Assembly: GCA_035351315.1 (NCBI GenBank)
Contig: DAOPVX010000002.1
Span: 23,717 to 87,716 of the forward strand
From: a bacterium
GTDB lineage: Bacteria; Patescibacteriota; Patescibacteriia; Patescibacteriales; Patescibacteriaceae
Direction: 5' to 3'
Length of the DNA stretch: 64,000 nucleotides
In this document: piece by piece, positions 18,146 to 28,181 of the stretch
Numbering within the stretch: the stretch's first letter is position 1
Layout: each line of letters begins with the position of its first letter
The notes under the pieces: model-generated
Database searches by the model: none
Told to the model about the DNA's origin: nothing
The model's input: only the letters and a program-made list of their open reading frames with translations
Program-made: the position numbers and the translations under genes

Positions 18146-18991
18146 ATGCCAGCAGGTTTAGGCAAGGGTTTGGGTTCATTGTTAGCGGCTAATCCATTAG
18201 TTGAACCGATGGACAGTGAACGCATCGTCAATTTAGCGCCGGATTTGATTCAAGTTAATCGCCAGCAGCCGCGGCACGATTTTAATCAAGAAAGTTTGCA
18301 AGAGCTAGCTGATTCTATTAAAGAATGCGGTATTTTGCAGCCGTTGATTGTGGCTAAAACAACGGCCGGCTATGAATTGATTGCCGGCGAACGGCGTCTG
18401 CGAGCTGCCAAATTAATCGGTTTAAAAACAGTGCCAGCGATGGTCCGCTCGGTTGATGAACAACAGAAATTAGCCTTGGCTTTAGTGGAAAATATTCAGC
18501 GAGAGAATTTAAGTCCGTTAGAAGAGGCGACGGCTTATCGACGGTTATTAGACGAATTTCAATTAACTCAAGACGAGTTGGCTAGCCGAGTGGGTAAACC
18601 GCGTTCAACTATTACTAATTTACTGCGTTTACTTAATTTGCCGGTTTCGGCCCAACAAGCGCTGCGTTCAGGCCAAATTAATTTAGGCCAGGCGAAAGTT
18701 TTGGCGGGAGTTGATCCGGCTAAGCAAGATCAGGCTTTGCGTGAAATGACCGCTAAACCGATTACGGTGGCTGACTCCGTTAAAGTAGCGCGCATTTTTA
18801 ATTCTCGGACTCAATCTAAGACAACACCGACAGCGAAGGATGTATATAATGATAAAGGTAAAGAATTCTTATTACGGGAATTTTTTCAAACTAAGGTTAA
18901 AATTACGCGCCAAGCCCGTGGTGGCCAAATAATTATTAGCTTTGATAGCGATGACCAATTGTCAGCGCTTATGAACAAGATTCGCCGCTAA
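18146..18991 (+). CDS. parB: Chromosome-partitioning protein ParB/Spo0J
   Basis: GLGKGLGSLL, QPRHDF, GILQPLIV, GERRLRAAKL (CTP-binding box), ENIQRENLSPLEEA and the HTH QDELASRVGKPRSTITN. Confidence 0.93.
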   Translation: MPAGLGKGLGSLLAANPLVEPMDSERIVNLAPDLIQVNRQQPRHDFNQESLQELADSIKECGILQPLIVAKTTAGYELIAGERRLRAAKLIGLKTVPAMVRSVDEQQKLALALVENIQRENLSPLEEATAYRRLLDEFQLTQDELASRVGKPRSTITNLLRLLNLPVSAQQALRSGQINLGQAKVLAGVDPAKQDQALREMTAKPITVADSVKVARIFNSRTQSKTTPTAKDVYNDKGKEFLLREFFQTKVKITRQARGGQIIISFDSDDQLSALMNKIRR

Positions 18992-19040
18992 CTGTTGGCT
19001 TTCCAGCGACCATTATTAATAATGATTAAGTTGTTTTTTA

Positions 19041-19562
19041 TTATAAATCAGAAGCTCGATAAAGATAATAAGGAACGCTACCGACCGGTCGCAGTTTTCG
19101 TTGTGGTTGGTAGCCAGCTAAAGGCCAGTCGCCGATTACAATTTTAGTGGCCGGTGATAGCTGACTCTTAAATTTTTTAATTAATTGGGGATAGATTTTA
19201 GGCAGTAAAAAGACATAGACAGCATCAGCATCATCCAGTCGGTAATGCCAAAGATTAGCCCAGCGGATGGTAACATTAGCTTGCCGTCTCGTCTTCCAAG
19301 CGGCCGCCAGGGCCAGTAGCGGCGATATCTCAAGGCCGATTAAGCGGCTGTCTGGATTTTTTCGGGCTAAATAAGCCAATAAATGGCCATGGCCGCAGCC
19401 GATTTCATAAAATATTTGTCCAGGCTGTAAATCTAATAATTGATTGATTGCTGCCCAATCGCGTTGTCTGGTGGGCACCCACGGTGCCGCTGACCAAGCT
19501 CCGGTGGCCAAACTCAATAATATTAAGCTGCTGACAATGGTTAGCCCGGTTAAGAGATCCAT
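19041..19562 (-). CDS. Membrane-anchored class I SAM-dependent methyltransferase
   Basis: An N-terminal TM helix followed by the motif I-like EIGCGHGHLLAYLA. Confidence 0.6.
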   Translation of the reverse strand: MDLLTGLTIVSSLILLSLATGAWSAAPWVPTRQRDWAAINQLLDLQPGQIFYEIGCGHGHLLAYLARKNPDSRLIGLEISPLLALAAAWKTRRQANVTIRWANLWHYRLDDADAVYVFLLPKIYPQLIKKFKSQLSPATKIVIGDWPLAGYQPQRKLRPVGSVPYYLYRASDL

Positions 19563-19563
19563 A

Positions 19564-20433
19564 TTAGTGGTGATTAAAATTAATGGCGACTATCTCTGGA
19601 TAGGCGTTAATTCGTTGGTTAAATGAGCTATTACCCAGGCCGCGGTTGATTATTAATCGGCTATTGCCAACTGGTAAATTGCCATAATCATAATCTGGCC
19701 ATAGTTTTTGGTTGGGTACATAGATGGCGCCCAGCAGCGGCAGTCTAATTTGGCCGCCATGAGTATGTCCGGCCAAAATGGCAATAGGCTCAATACTTAG
19801 ATATTCTGGCCATAATTCGGGGCGATGAGCCAAGACAATAATCGGTTGATTGACTTTATTTTGATTAATTATCTGGCCTAATTTTTGGCTGGTGATTTTG
19901 GCGACGACTGACGCTGGTAAGGGTCCGCCAAGACCAGTCGGATCATCCAAGCCGACTAAAGTAATAGTTTGGTTTTGGCTTTGGATAGTTAGAGCCTGAT
20001 TGCGCACCACTATAGCTCCGGCAGCAGTGGCTCGTTCTGCGAGTTCAATGTAGTCATTATTATAAAAATCATGGTTGCCCAAAATAAGGTAAACCGGAGC
20101 TAAGTTTTTTAGCCGATTGATTAAAAATAGGTTGCTTGGAATATTAGTTTGGCGGCTATCAAAAGTATCACCGGTTAAAACGATTAAGTCAGGGGCTAAT
20201 TTTTCAACGGCCGCGATAATCTGTCGGTTGCCCGGGCCACTGATAGTCTGGTTATGCAAATCGGATAATTGGACAATTCGCCAACCGGTTAATTCGGCCG
20301 GCCAGCGTTGGTCGTTGATATTATATTGTTTGATGGTTAGATGGCGATTTTGGTAATTTAAAGTCAGCGCGATCGTTAGAGCTAATAACCAAAAAAACAA
20401 CCACTTTAACCAGACGGGTAATGGGATAATCAT
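19564..20433 (-). CDS. Membrane-anchored metallophosphoesterase (calcineurin-like)
   Basis: LSDLH, GDTFD, GNHD and GHTHGGQ motifs. ATG 20433 is preferred to the upstream GTG at 20460. Confidence 0.8.
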   Translation of the reverse strand: MIIPLPVWLKWLFFWLLALTIALTLNYQNRHLTIKQYNINDQRWPAELTGWRIVQLSDLHNQTISGPGNRQIIAAVEKLAPDLIVLTGDTFDSRQTNIPSNLFLINRLKNLAPVYLILGNHDFYNNDYIELAERATAAGAIVVRNQALTIQSQNQTITLVGLDDPTGLGGPLPASVVAKITSQKLGQIINQNKVNQPIIVLAHRPELWPEYLSIEPIAILAGHTHGGQIRLPLLGAIYVPNQKLWPDYDYGNLPVGNSRLIINRGLGNSSFNQRINAYPEIVAINFNHH

Positions 20434-20481
20434 ATTGTTTCTCTGGTGGCATCTTAGCACAACTATGTTATAATTAAAAAT

Positions 20482-21936
20482 ATGTTAATTAAACTTAATC
20501 GGCCGGTTAGATGGTGGTTTAAGCAAACTAAAGTCGCGCGAGTTTTATTGACAGCTTCGCTTGTTGGTTGGCTGGTATTGCTCTATTTAGCTAGCCGGCC
20601 ATTTGGTGTTGCTGTTTATAGTTTAAGCAGCCAGTCTGGTAATTATTTTATCCATAAATTCGGCCCAACTGAACGGTGGTCAACCTCTAGTCCCGATTTA
20701 ATAATGACCGGCCAGCCAGGTTATTTTTTTCTGCGGCCGACTCGGCCATTTAATCAAGCTGAGATCACTGTTACTTGGCAAGATCGTCAGCCGGATACCT
20801 ATTTAGAGGCGGGGATTTTGATGGATCGGGCTAATTGGCAGTATCAATCACAGCCGTTAAATCATCCCGGCTTAAATAAGCTAGATTGGCCGTTGGTAAC
20901 CGCCGGCCACCATCGTTTGTGGCAAAAAACCCCAGTTTATCAAACCTGGTCAGAGTTTATTGAACGTTTGCCTAATTTTAGTCAGCTAGCTGTTTATAAT
21001 TGGTCGCCTAGCTCAACTAAATCAATCAATTTGACCGGTTATCGCTCTCATCAAGTCTGGCAGCAGCTTCCTGGCCAGTGGCGCGGTCTTCAGCAGATAG
21101 TTACTTATTTGGCCGATGATGAACAATTGGCTTGGCGGATAACGGTAACTAGCGATTCTTTACAAGAATTGACTGCTGACGAACGGTTAGTTGAAGTTAA
21201 TATTACTAATAGCGTTAATCAGCGCCTGTGGTCTGAGCAACGTCGCTTGGACGATAATCAATTGGAGTGGTTGATTACGGCCGGTCCGTGGTCAGCCGGC
21301 GCTTATCGTTTAGAAATTAAAGCCAGTCGGCAGTTATTACTGAAGTTAGCTACTCAACAGACGGTTTTTGGTTGGCAGGGCCAAGTTTGGCCGGTGGCTT
21401 CAGCTGATTATCACTGGCGTTTTTGGACTGATGCTCCGGCCATTATCGCGCAAACTATCCAGCCGGCCAGCCGGCAAATAATTTTAGTTAATCAGCGGCC
21501 ATTAAATTTAGCTGATACCTATCAGCAATACTCCATTGAAACATTAGCGACTTCCAGTGAAATCAGCTTATCCGGCGGGGATGTTCAGCTAGCTGGCAGT
21601 GGTATTTTTTCTTTACAACCGACTATCTTTAATCCTCAGTGGCGACGCGCTGGTCGGTTATCCGTTGATCAGTTAGCCGGGTTTGATTTTATCGCGGCCG
21701 ATTATCAACCGCCGGTTTGTCGCCAGCATTTATGTACCGCCACCGCTAAATTATCTTTGGCCGGAGCCGATTGGCAATCCGGCGATGGCTACCAAATCAT
21801 GCTGGCGGCCGATAATAGTCATTTATCAACTGTCAGTCCGCTGGTTATTCAAGAGATTAGTGTTAAATTACGCGGCGCTAGCCTTTGGCAGTTTCTTCGA
21901 TCATTGCCGCGTCGCTTAGTAAACAAGTTGCAATAA
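20482..21936 (+). CDS. Hypothetical Trp-rich protein with an N-terminal membrane anchor
   Basis: A 484-aa uninterrupted ORF with one TM helix (VLLTASLVGWLVLLYLA). No family motif was recognised. Confidence 0.6.
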   Translation: MLIKLNRPVRWWFKQTKVARVLLTASLVGWLVLLYLASRPFGVAVYSLSSQSGNYFIHKFGPTERWSTSSPDLIMTGQPGYFFLRPTRPFNQAEITVTWQDRQPDTYLEAGILMDRANWQYQSQPLNHPGLNKLDWPLVTAGHHRLWQKTPVYQTWSEFIERLPNFSQLAVYNWSPSSTKSINLTGYRSHQVWQQLPGQWRGLQQIVTYLADDEQLAWRITVTSDSLQELTADERLVEVNITNSVNQRLWSEQRRLDDNQLEWLITAGPWSAGAYRLEIKASRQLLLKLATQQTVFGWQGQVWPVASADYHWRFWTDAPAIIAQTIQPASRQIILVNQRPLNLADTYQQYSIETLATSSEISLSGGDVQLAGSGIFSLQPTIFNPQWRRAGRLSVDQLAGFDFIAADYQPPVCRQHLCTATAKLSLAGADWQSGDGYQIMLAADNSHLSTVSPLVIQEISVKLRGASLWQFLRSLPRRLVNKLQ

Positions 21937-21939
21937 TCT

Positions 21940-22134
21940 ATGAGTATTAGGCGACAAATTAAGATTAAGCAATTAAATGATGATTTGTATTTATGGCTAA
22001 CCGTCACTATTGCTGTTTTAATATTTTCCGAGGCGGTTTGGCCGGGCCTGGTTAGCGCTTATTTAAACCTATCATTCTGGTTGCTTTTTTGGTCGGTCAG
22101 TGCTATCCTGAAGGTGGTTTTTGTTAATAAATAA
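21940..22134 (+). CDS. Small hypothetical two-TM membrane protein
   Basis: Two hydrophobic helices. It starts 3 nt after the previous stop. Confidence 0.45.
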   Translation: MSIRRQIKIKQLNDDLYLWLTVTIAVLIFSEAVWPGLVSAYLNLSFWLLFWSVSAILKVVFVNK

Positions 22135-22152
22135 TATTTTTTCTCTAAATTT

Positions 22153-22605
22153 ATGATTCAAGATGTCATCTTTAAAAAGTTGACCGTCTATGAAGATGCC
22201 CGCGGCTGGCTAGCTGAGATCTACCGCAATGACGAAGACCATTATCAACCAGCTATGGGATATATCAGTGTTACTCGTCCCGGCGTGGCTCGTGGTCCGC
22301 ACGAACATAAATATCAGGCTGACTGTTTTGTCTTTGTTGGTCCTGGCGATTTTGAATTATATCTTTGGGATCGTCGTGAAAATAGTTCGACCAATGGCCA
22401 ACATATTAAAGAAGTGGTGGGCCAAAGTAATCCGACTATGGTGATTGTGCCGGCCGGCGTAGTTCATGGCTACAAGGCGATTGGTAATCAAGATGCCTGG
22501 TCGGTCAATTTGCCAGATAAACTATATCGCGGCGTTGATAAAACTGAAGAGGTTGATGAAATTCGCTGGGAGCAAAATCCTGATTCTCCCTATAAAATCA
22601 TTTAA
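22153..22605 (+). CDS. rfbC: dTDP-4-dehydrorhamnose 3,5-epimerase-like cupin (short form)
   Basis: EDARGWLAE, RGPHEHKYQ and DFELYLWDRRENSSTNG follow the RmlC cupin pattern. It is adjacent to rfbB, rfbD and rfbA. Confidence 0.72.
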   Translation: MIQDVIFKKLTVYEDARGWLAEIYRNDEDHYQPAMGYISVTRPGVARGPHEHKYQADCFVFVGPGDFELYLWDRRENSSTNGQHIKEVVGQSNPTMVIVPAGVVHGYKAIGNQDAWSVNLPDKLYRGVDKTEEVDEIRWEQNPDSPYKII

Positions 22606-22621
22606 TTATTAGTTTAGAGTT

Positions 22622-23599
22622 ATGCGGCTATTAGTAACCGGTGGGGCCGGTTTTATCGGTTCCAATTTTATTCACTATTGGCTCCAAAAACACCCCGAAG
22701 ATCAACTGATTAATCTTGATCTTTTAACCTATGCCGGTAATTTAGCCAACTTGGAGGATATTGCCAATCAGGCTAATTATCGTTTCGTTCAGGGCGATAT
22801 TGCTGATTACGCAGTGGTGGATAGTTTGATGGGTCAAGTGGATTGCGTGATTAATTTCGCGGCCGAAACTCATGTCGATCGATCAATTGGTGATAGTTTG
22901 TCTTTTGTTAAAACTAATATTCAGGGCACAGCCAATCTACTAGAAGCCGCTCGGCGTCATGGTGGCGTTCGTTTTCACCAAATTTCTACCGACGAAGTTT
23001 ACGGTGACTTAACTCGCCACGATCCGAAATTTGATGAAACATCGCCTTATCGTCCCAGCAGTCCTTATAGCGCTTCCAAAGCGGCGGCTGATCATCTGGT
23101 GAGGGCCTATTTCCGAACCTATAAGCTACCGGTGACCATTTCTAATTGTTCTAATAATTACGGCCCCTATCAGTTTCCCGAAAAAGTTATTCCTTTGTTT
23201 GTAACTAATTTAATTGATGATTTAAAGGTGCCGCTCTATGGCAATGGCGGCAATATTCGCGATTGGATCCACGTTGATGACCACAACGCCGGTATTGAAG
23301 CTATTTTACAGCGCGGCCAAATCGGTGAAACTTATTGCTTGGGTGGCGATCATGAAATTACCAATTTAGAATTGACCAAGCAAATTATCCAATTATTAGG
23401 CAAAGACGATAGTTATATTGAACCAGTTACTGATCGTCTAGGTCATGATTGGCGCTATGCTATTGATTTTAGTAAAGCGACTCGCGATTTGGGTTGGCGA
23501 CCGGCAATACCTTTTTCAACAGGGCTAAAGCAGACTGTTCAATGGTACCAAGATCATCCGGAGTGGTGGCGTCCGTTAAAAGAACAAGTCAAGCAATAA
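22622..23599 (+). CDS. rfbB: dTDP-glucose 4,6-dehydratase
   Basis: TGGAGFIGSNF, FAAETHVDRS, STDEVYG, YSASKAAADHL and GNIRDWIHVDDH. Confidence 0.93.
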   Translation: MRLLVTGGAGFIGSNFIHYWLQKHPEDQLINLDLLTYAGNLANLEDIANQANYRFVQGDIADYAVVDSLMGQVDCVINFAAETHVDRSIGDSLSFVKTNIQGTANLLEAARRHGGVRFHQISTDEVYGDLTRHDPKFDETSPYRPSSPYSASKAAADHLVRAYFRTYKLPVTISNCSNNYGPYQFPEKVIPLFVTNLIDDLKVPLYGNGGNIRDWIHVDDHNAGIEAILQRGQIGETYCLGGDHEITNLELTKQIIQLLGKDDSYIEPVTDRLGHDWRYAIDFSKATRDLGWRPAIPFSTGLKQTVQWYQDHPEWWRPLKEQVKQ

Positions 23600-23602
23600 T
23601 TT

Positions 23603-24466
23603 ATGAAAGTTTTAATTTTAGGCGGCTTAGGTAATTTAGGTAGTCAACTAGTGGTTACTGGCCAACAGCTTGGTTATGAGATTATCGGCTGGGATCAAGA
23701 AGATATTGATTTAACCGATTGGCCGGCGGTTGAGGCTAAATTAGCTGGCCAGCGCTTTGATGTCGTTATTAATACCGTTGCCTATAATGCGGTTGATGCC
23801 TGCGAAAGTCAGCCCGGTCAGGATTTAGCTTATATTTTGAATGGCGATTTGGTGCGACAGCTGGCCGGCTGGTGTCAGACTAACGGCGCCATCATGGTTC
23901 AATATTCCAGTGATTATGTTTTTGCTGGCGATCAATTGGCTGGTTATACCGAAACTGATCAACCAAACCCGATTAATGAATATGGCCGCAGCAAATTAGC
24001 CGGTGAGCAGGCCTTAATTAAACAGGGCGAGCAGGGTTTGCAGTACTACCTGATTCGCACTTCTAAATTATTCGGCCCACGGGGCACCAGTCCAGCGACG
24101 AAGAGTAGTTTTTTTGATATTATGCTTAAGCTGGCCGCCACCGAGCCCGAACTTAAAGGTGTTGATGCTGAAGAGAGTTGTTTTACCTATACACCGGATT
24201 TGGCTCAAGCGACTTGGCAATTATTAGCCGATAAATTCCCACAAGGTATTTATCATATAGTTAATAGCCAGCCAGCCACCTGGTATCAGGCATTACGCAC
24301 ACTTCAGCAACTAGCTGGATTAACTGTCCCGATTCGGCCGATTACCAGCGCTGATTTGCCGCGGCCGGCGGCTCGTCCGCAACACTCAGTTTTATTAATG
24401 ACCAAATTACCGCCTTTGCGATCATATCAGCAGGCGTTACAAGAATATTTAAACAAGTCTAAATAG
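23603..24466 (+). CDS. rfbD: dTDP-4-dehydrorhamnose reductase
   Basis: GGLGNLG, NTVAYNAVDACE, STDYVF-like SSDYVF, YGRSKLAGE, and its position in the rfb cluster. Confidence 0.85.
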   Translation: MKVLILGGLGNLGSQLVVTGQQLGYEIIGWDQEDIDLTDWPAVEAKLAGQRFDVVINTVAYNAVDACESQPGQDLAYILNGDLVRQLAGWCQTNGAIMVQYSSDYVFAGDQLAGYTETDQPNPINEYGRSKLAGEQALIKQGEQGLQYYLIRTSKLFGPRGTSPATKSSFFDIMLKLAATEPELKGVDAEESCFTYTPDLAQATWQLLADKFPQGIYHIVNSQPATWYQALRTLQQLAGLTVPIRPITSADLPRPAARPQHSVLLMTKLPPLRSYQQALQEYLNKSK

Positions 24467-24470
24467 TTTT

Positions 24471-25196
24471 ATGCGAGGAATTATTTTGTCCGGCGGTAGT
24501 GCCACTAGATTGCGTCCTTGTACGAAGGTTACTTCTAAACAATTATTGCCGATCTATAATCGGCCGATGATTTATTATCCTCTTAATACTTTGGTCAAAG
24601 CCGGCATTAAAGAGATTCTAATTATCGTTTCACCGGAGCGAGCCGGCGATTATCTAAATTTATTGGGCAGTGGCCGCCAATTCGGCATCAAGCTGACTTA
24701 TGAAGTTCAGGATAAGCCGCGCGGCCTAGCTGAGGCTTTTATTATTGGGGAAAATTTTATTGATGATGGTGATGTTACCATGATCTTAGGTGACAATATC
24801 TTTGAAGATGATTTAACTGACGATATCCGCAACTTCAAGAGTGGCGCTAAGATTTTTGCCAAAAAAGTGCCTGATCCAGAACGCTTTGGTGTTGTGGAAA
24901 TTGATGATAAAATGCAGGCTTTGTCAATAGTGGAAAAACCATTGCAACCGAAAAGTGATTTGGCAATTACCGGTCTGTATATTTACGATCATCGGGTTAT
25001 TGAGGTGGCCAAACAAGTTCAGCCCAGCGCTCGGGGTGAATTAGAGATTGTTGATTTGCATAATTGGTATTTGGAACGCAATGAATTAGAAGTGGCGATG
25101 ATTAATGGCGAATGGATTGATGCCGGCACTTTTGATAGTTTGTTGAGCGCTCAAATATTAGCTCGCGATCGACTGCAAAACAAATTAATTATTTAA
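24471..25196 (+). CDS. rfbA: Glucose-1-phosphate thymidylyltransferase (short, about 240 aa type)
   Basis: GIILSGGSATRLRPCT, KQLLPIYNRPMIYYPL, PRGLAEAF, LGDNIF and ERFGVVE. Confidence 0.85.
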   Translation: MRGIILSGGSATRLRPCTKVTSKQLLPIYNRPMIYYPLNTLVKAGIKEILIIVSPERAGDYLNLLGSGRQFGIKLTYEVQDKPRGLAEAFIIGENFIDDGDVTMILGDNIFEDDLTDDIRNFKSGAKIFAKKVPDPERFGVVEIDDKMQALSIVEKPLQPKSDLAITGLYIYDHRVIEVAKQVQPSARGELEIVDLHNWYLERNELEVAMINGEWIDAGTFDSLLSAQILARDRLQNKLII

Positions 25197-25214
25197 TATT
25201 ACTATTATTTTACT

Positions 25215-26270
25215 ATGCACACCCGAATTATTGCGACGGTTGGTCCGCAGTCTTTCAGTTATCCAGTTCTAAGCAAATTGGTTACCAGCGGCGTTGACAT
25301 TATCCGTTTGAATTTTTCTCACGCCAAGATTGAGCAACTTAATGATTTAAAAAATAATCTGCAGAGAATTAAGGAAGAAACCGATTGTCAAACTAAAATT
25401 ATGCAAGACTTGCAGGGACCGCGTATTCGCATCGGTCGCCTTGATCAAGAAATTGAATTGGTTGATGGTGAAACCTATGTTTTTACTGGTGGTCAGGCCA
25501 GTCTAGCTAATCAAGAAATTCCGATTGACGACCCCGATCTTTATCAGGATCTCAGAATTGGTGATCCAATTTTTTTAGCTAATGGTGAATTAGAACTGAA
25601 GATTGTTGACATTAAAGATAAAATGATTTATGCCCGAGTAGAGCGGGGCGGCCTGTTGATGTCGCATAAGGGCATTAATCTACCGAATACTAATTTAACC
25701 AGAGGCGGTTTAACTAAAAAAGATATTGCTGATGTTGAGGCGGCCTTTGAATACAATGTTGACTATATTGCCTTATCTTTTGTTCAAAGCGCTGACGATT
25801 TGCGAAGATTGCGTAAGATTATTGGTAATCGGCCGATTGGCTTAATTGCCAAAATTGAACGAGCAATAGCTCTAGAAGTAATTGATGAGATTATTAAAGA
25901 ATCAGATGGTATTATGGTAGCTCGCGGCGATTTAGGTATTGAGTTGCCAATGGAAGATTTGCCAATTATTCAAAAGAATTTAGTGCGTCATGCTCATTGG
26001 CATGGCAAGCCGGCGATTATTGCTACTCAGATGATGACCTCTATGATTGAACATCCGCGGCCAACCAGGGCTGAGGTTAGCGATATTGCCAATGCTGTTT
26101 TAGATGGTGCCGATGCTTTAATGTTGTCTGACGAAACCGCGGTTGGTCTTTACCCTAATCAGGCCGTTGCGGCCATGAAAAAAATTATTTGTCGTACTGA
26201 AAGCTATCTTAATAACCGTAATTATTTTGATACTGAAACAGCAGCTTTTTATTGTCATTACGTTAATTAA
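25215..26270 (+). CDS. pyk: Pyruvate kinase, short form lacking the C-terminal regulatory domain
   Basis: TRIIATVGPQ, IRLNFSHA, DLQGPRIR, ISLSFV-like IALSFVQ, MVARGDLGIELP and MLSDETAVG. The 351 aa end soon after the A domain. Confidence 0.88.
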   Translation: MHTRIIATVGPQSFSYPVLSKLVTSGVDIIRLNFSHAKIEQLNDLKNNLQRIKEETDCQTKIMQDLQGPRIRIGRLDQEIELVDGETYVFTGGQASLANQEIPIDDPDLYQDLRIGDPIFLANGELELKIVDIKDKMIYARVERGGLLMSHKGINLPNTNLTRGGLTKKDIADVEAAFEYNVDYIALSFVQSADDLRRLRKIIGNRPIGLIAKIERAIALEVIDEIIKESDGIMVARGDLGIELPMEDLPIIQKNLVRHAHWHGKPAIIATQMMTSMIEHPRPTRAEVSDIANAVLDGADALMLSDETAVGLYPNQAVAAMKKIICRTESYLNNRNYFDTETAAFYCHYVN

Positions 26271-26275
26271 ATTTT

Positions 26276-27304
26276 ATGGCACAAAGCTCTCGCGTCTATG
26301 TTGGTTTTTTGGGCTATGGCCAATCAACCGCTAAATATTTACCGGATTTTTTAGCCAGTTTGCGGCAGCAGACGTTCACTGATTTGGCGATAATAGACGG
26401 CGACAATACTCCACCCGACCAGGTTAATCCTAATGAGTTAGCTATCAAAGATTTTCCTGAAGTTCGCTACTGGCCAGCCGGGGCTAATCTTGGTTTTGCC
26501 AAGGGCTATAATCGACTATTCAACTTGGCAATTCGTGAGGGGGCTGAGTATTTTTTAGTGATTAATCCGGATGTTGTTTTAGAGTCAACGGCCATTGAGC
26601 AATTGGTTAAATATTTAGACGATAATCAGGCCGTGGCTGCGGTTATGCCCAAAATTCGGCGCTGGGATTTCGTTAATCATAATCTAACCATGCAAATTGA
26701 TAGTCTGGGCGTCGGCCTTACCAAACAGGGGGCATTTATAGATATTGGCCAAGGTCAGCTTGATGACAATCATTTGACAGGACCGCAGCCGATATTCGGT
26801 TTTACCGGCGCCGGTGTTTTAATCCGTTTAAGCGCCCTGTCGTCCGTTGCCTTTGATAATGGCCAATCGATTGAATATTTTGATGAATTGATGTTTATGT
26901 ATAAGGAAGACTGCGATTTGTCTTACCGTTTGCGTTTGGCTGGTTGGCAGATTATGTTATTGCCAGAGGCGATAATTTATCACGATCGCACGGCCGCCAA
27001 GGTCGGTCAATCAGTTTGGAGTCAATTACGGAATCGTCGTCGTGAGAGCAAGTTAATCCGGCAATGGTCGTATTTGCATCAATTAATGATTTTCTGTAAA
27101 TATTGGTATTTGCCCAAAACCTTATCTAGTCGTTGGCAAGAATTATTTTATCAAAAGAAACGATTAGTAGCGGCCATTTTGTTTGAGCCATTTCTTTTGT
27201 CTGGCTGGCGTAAGTTGTGGCAACAGCGGCACTTGGTGGCTGCTCGCCGGCGAGCTTTAGTTATTAAAATCAAGCCATTGTCTTTAGAAGACTGGCGTCA
27301 ATAA
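26276..27304 (+). CDS. Family 2 glycosyltransferase (rhamnosyltransferase-like)
   Basis: GANLGFAKGYN, VINPDV and MFMYKEDCDLSYRLRLAGW follow the GT2 pattern. Confidence 0.8.
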   Translation: MAQSSRVYVGFLGYGQSTAKYLPDFLASLRQQTFTDLAIIDGDNTPPDQVNPNELAIKDFPEVRYWPAGANLGFAKGYNRLFNLAIREGAEYFLVINPDVVLESTAIEQLVKYLDDNQAVAAVMPKIRRWDFVNHNLTMQIDSLGVGLTKQGAFIDIGQGQLDDNHLTGPQPIFGFTGAGVLIRLSALSSVAFDNGQSIEYFDELMFMYKEDCDLSYRLRLAGWQIMLLPEAIIYHDRTAAKVGQSVWSQLRNRRRESKLIRQWSYLHQLMIFCKYWYLPKTLSSRWQELFYQKKRLVAAILFEPFLLSGWRKLWQQRHLVAARRRALVIKIKPLSLEDWRQ

Positions 27305-27308
27305 GCTT

Positions 27309-28172
27309 ATGCTTGATTTAGCTATTGTTACCGTCCCCTTTAAGGTTAAAGACAAGTTGCGGGATAATTTACGCCAATTATTTGCTAGTCAAGGTGATCT
27401 TAATTTTGCGGTTTGGGCGGTTGATAATAATTCTGGTGACGGTACTGTTGAGATGCTTCAACAAGAATTTCCGCAGGTCCATCTGATTGCCAATCCAGAC
27501 AATCGTGGCTTTGCCAAGGCCAATAACCAAGCTTTGCGGGTAATAAGAGCTCGCTATGTTTTATTGCTTAATCCTGATATGCTAGTCGAGCCGGATACTT
27601 TGGTTAAAATGTTGGCTTGGGCTGATGCCAATCCGCAGGCGACTGTTATGGGTTGTCATTTGGTGACTGAAACCGGGGAGACTCTGCTACATGTTCGCCG
27701 ATTCCCAACTTTATGGGATCAATTGGCGATAGTACTGAAGCTACCCCATTTTTTGCCCCATATTTTAGACAAATATCTGCGGACTGATTTTGATTATAGT
27801 CAGGCGGCTCCGGTTGATTCAATACGCGGCGGTTTTTTTTGGATTCGGGCCGATGCCAACGGTCAAGTGCCACTTTTAGATGAGCGTTATTTTATTTGGT
27901 TTGAAGAAGTGGATTATTGCCGTCAAACTAAGCTGTCAGGTGGTCAGGTCTGGTATACGCCGGCGGCTAATTGCCTTGATTATGTCGGCCAAAGCTTTAA
28001 GCAAGTTAAACGCGGTCGAACTCAGACCTATTTTCGCCAAAGCATGATTAAGTATTTTGCTAAATGGGAGCCGCGCTGGCAATCTTATTTACTGCGTCTA
28101 GCCTGGCCGATCGGCGCTAGTTTGGCTATCATCGGTGAAAAATTAAATTGGCAAGGCCGCGCTAAAACTTAA
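27309..28172 (+). CDS. Family 2 glycosyltransferase
   Basis: AVDNNSGDGT, NRGFAKANNQA, LLNPDM and FEEVDYCRQ. Confidence 0.8.
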   Translation: MLDLAIVTVPFKVKDKLRDNLRQLFASQGDLNFAVWAVDNNSGDGTVEMLQQEFPQVHLIANPDNRGFAKANNQALRVIRARYVLLLNPDMLVEPDTLVKMLAWADANPQATVMGCHLVTETGETLLHVRRFPTLWDQLAIVLKLPHFLPHILDKYLRTDFDYSQAAPVDSIRGGFFWIRADANGQVPLLDERYFIWFEEVDYCRQTKLSGGQVWYTPAANCLDYVGQSFKQVKRGRTQTYFRQSMIKYFAKWEPRWQSYLLRLAWPIGASLAIIGEKLNWQGRAKT

Positions 28173-28181
28173 AATAAATTT

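Noticed and set aside
19011-19024. Perfect 14-bp palindrome CATTATTAATAATG between convergent parB and the methyltransferase gene, considered as a parS site or terminator
   Set aside because: It is purely A/T-rich apart from the ends, so it is expected by chance in AT-rich spacers. It bears no similarity to the TGTTNCACGTGAAACA parS consensus and would form a very weak hairpin.
17300-19040. parS centromere site near parAB
   Set aside because: A visual scan for GTTTCAC / CACGTG-centred palindromes found nothing convincing. The only CACGTG I noticed is inside fusA at about 39990, without the flanking arms. A genome-wide motif search would be needed.
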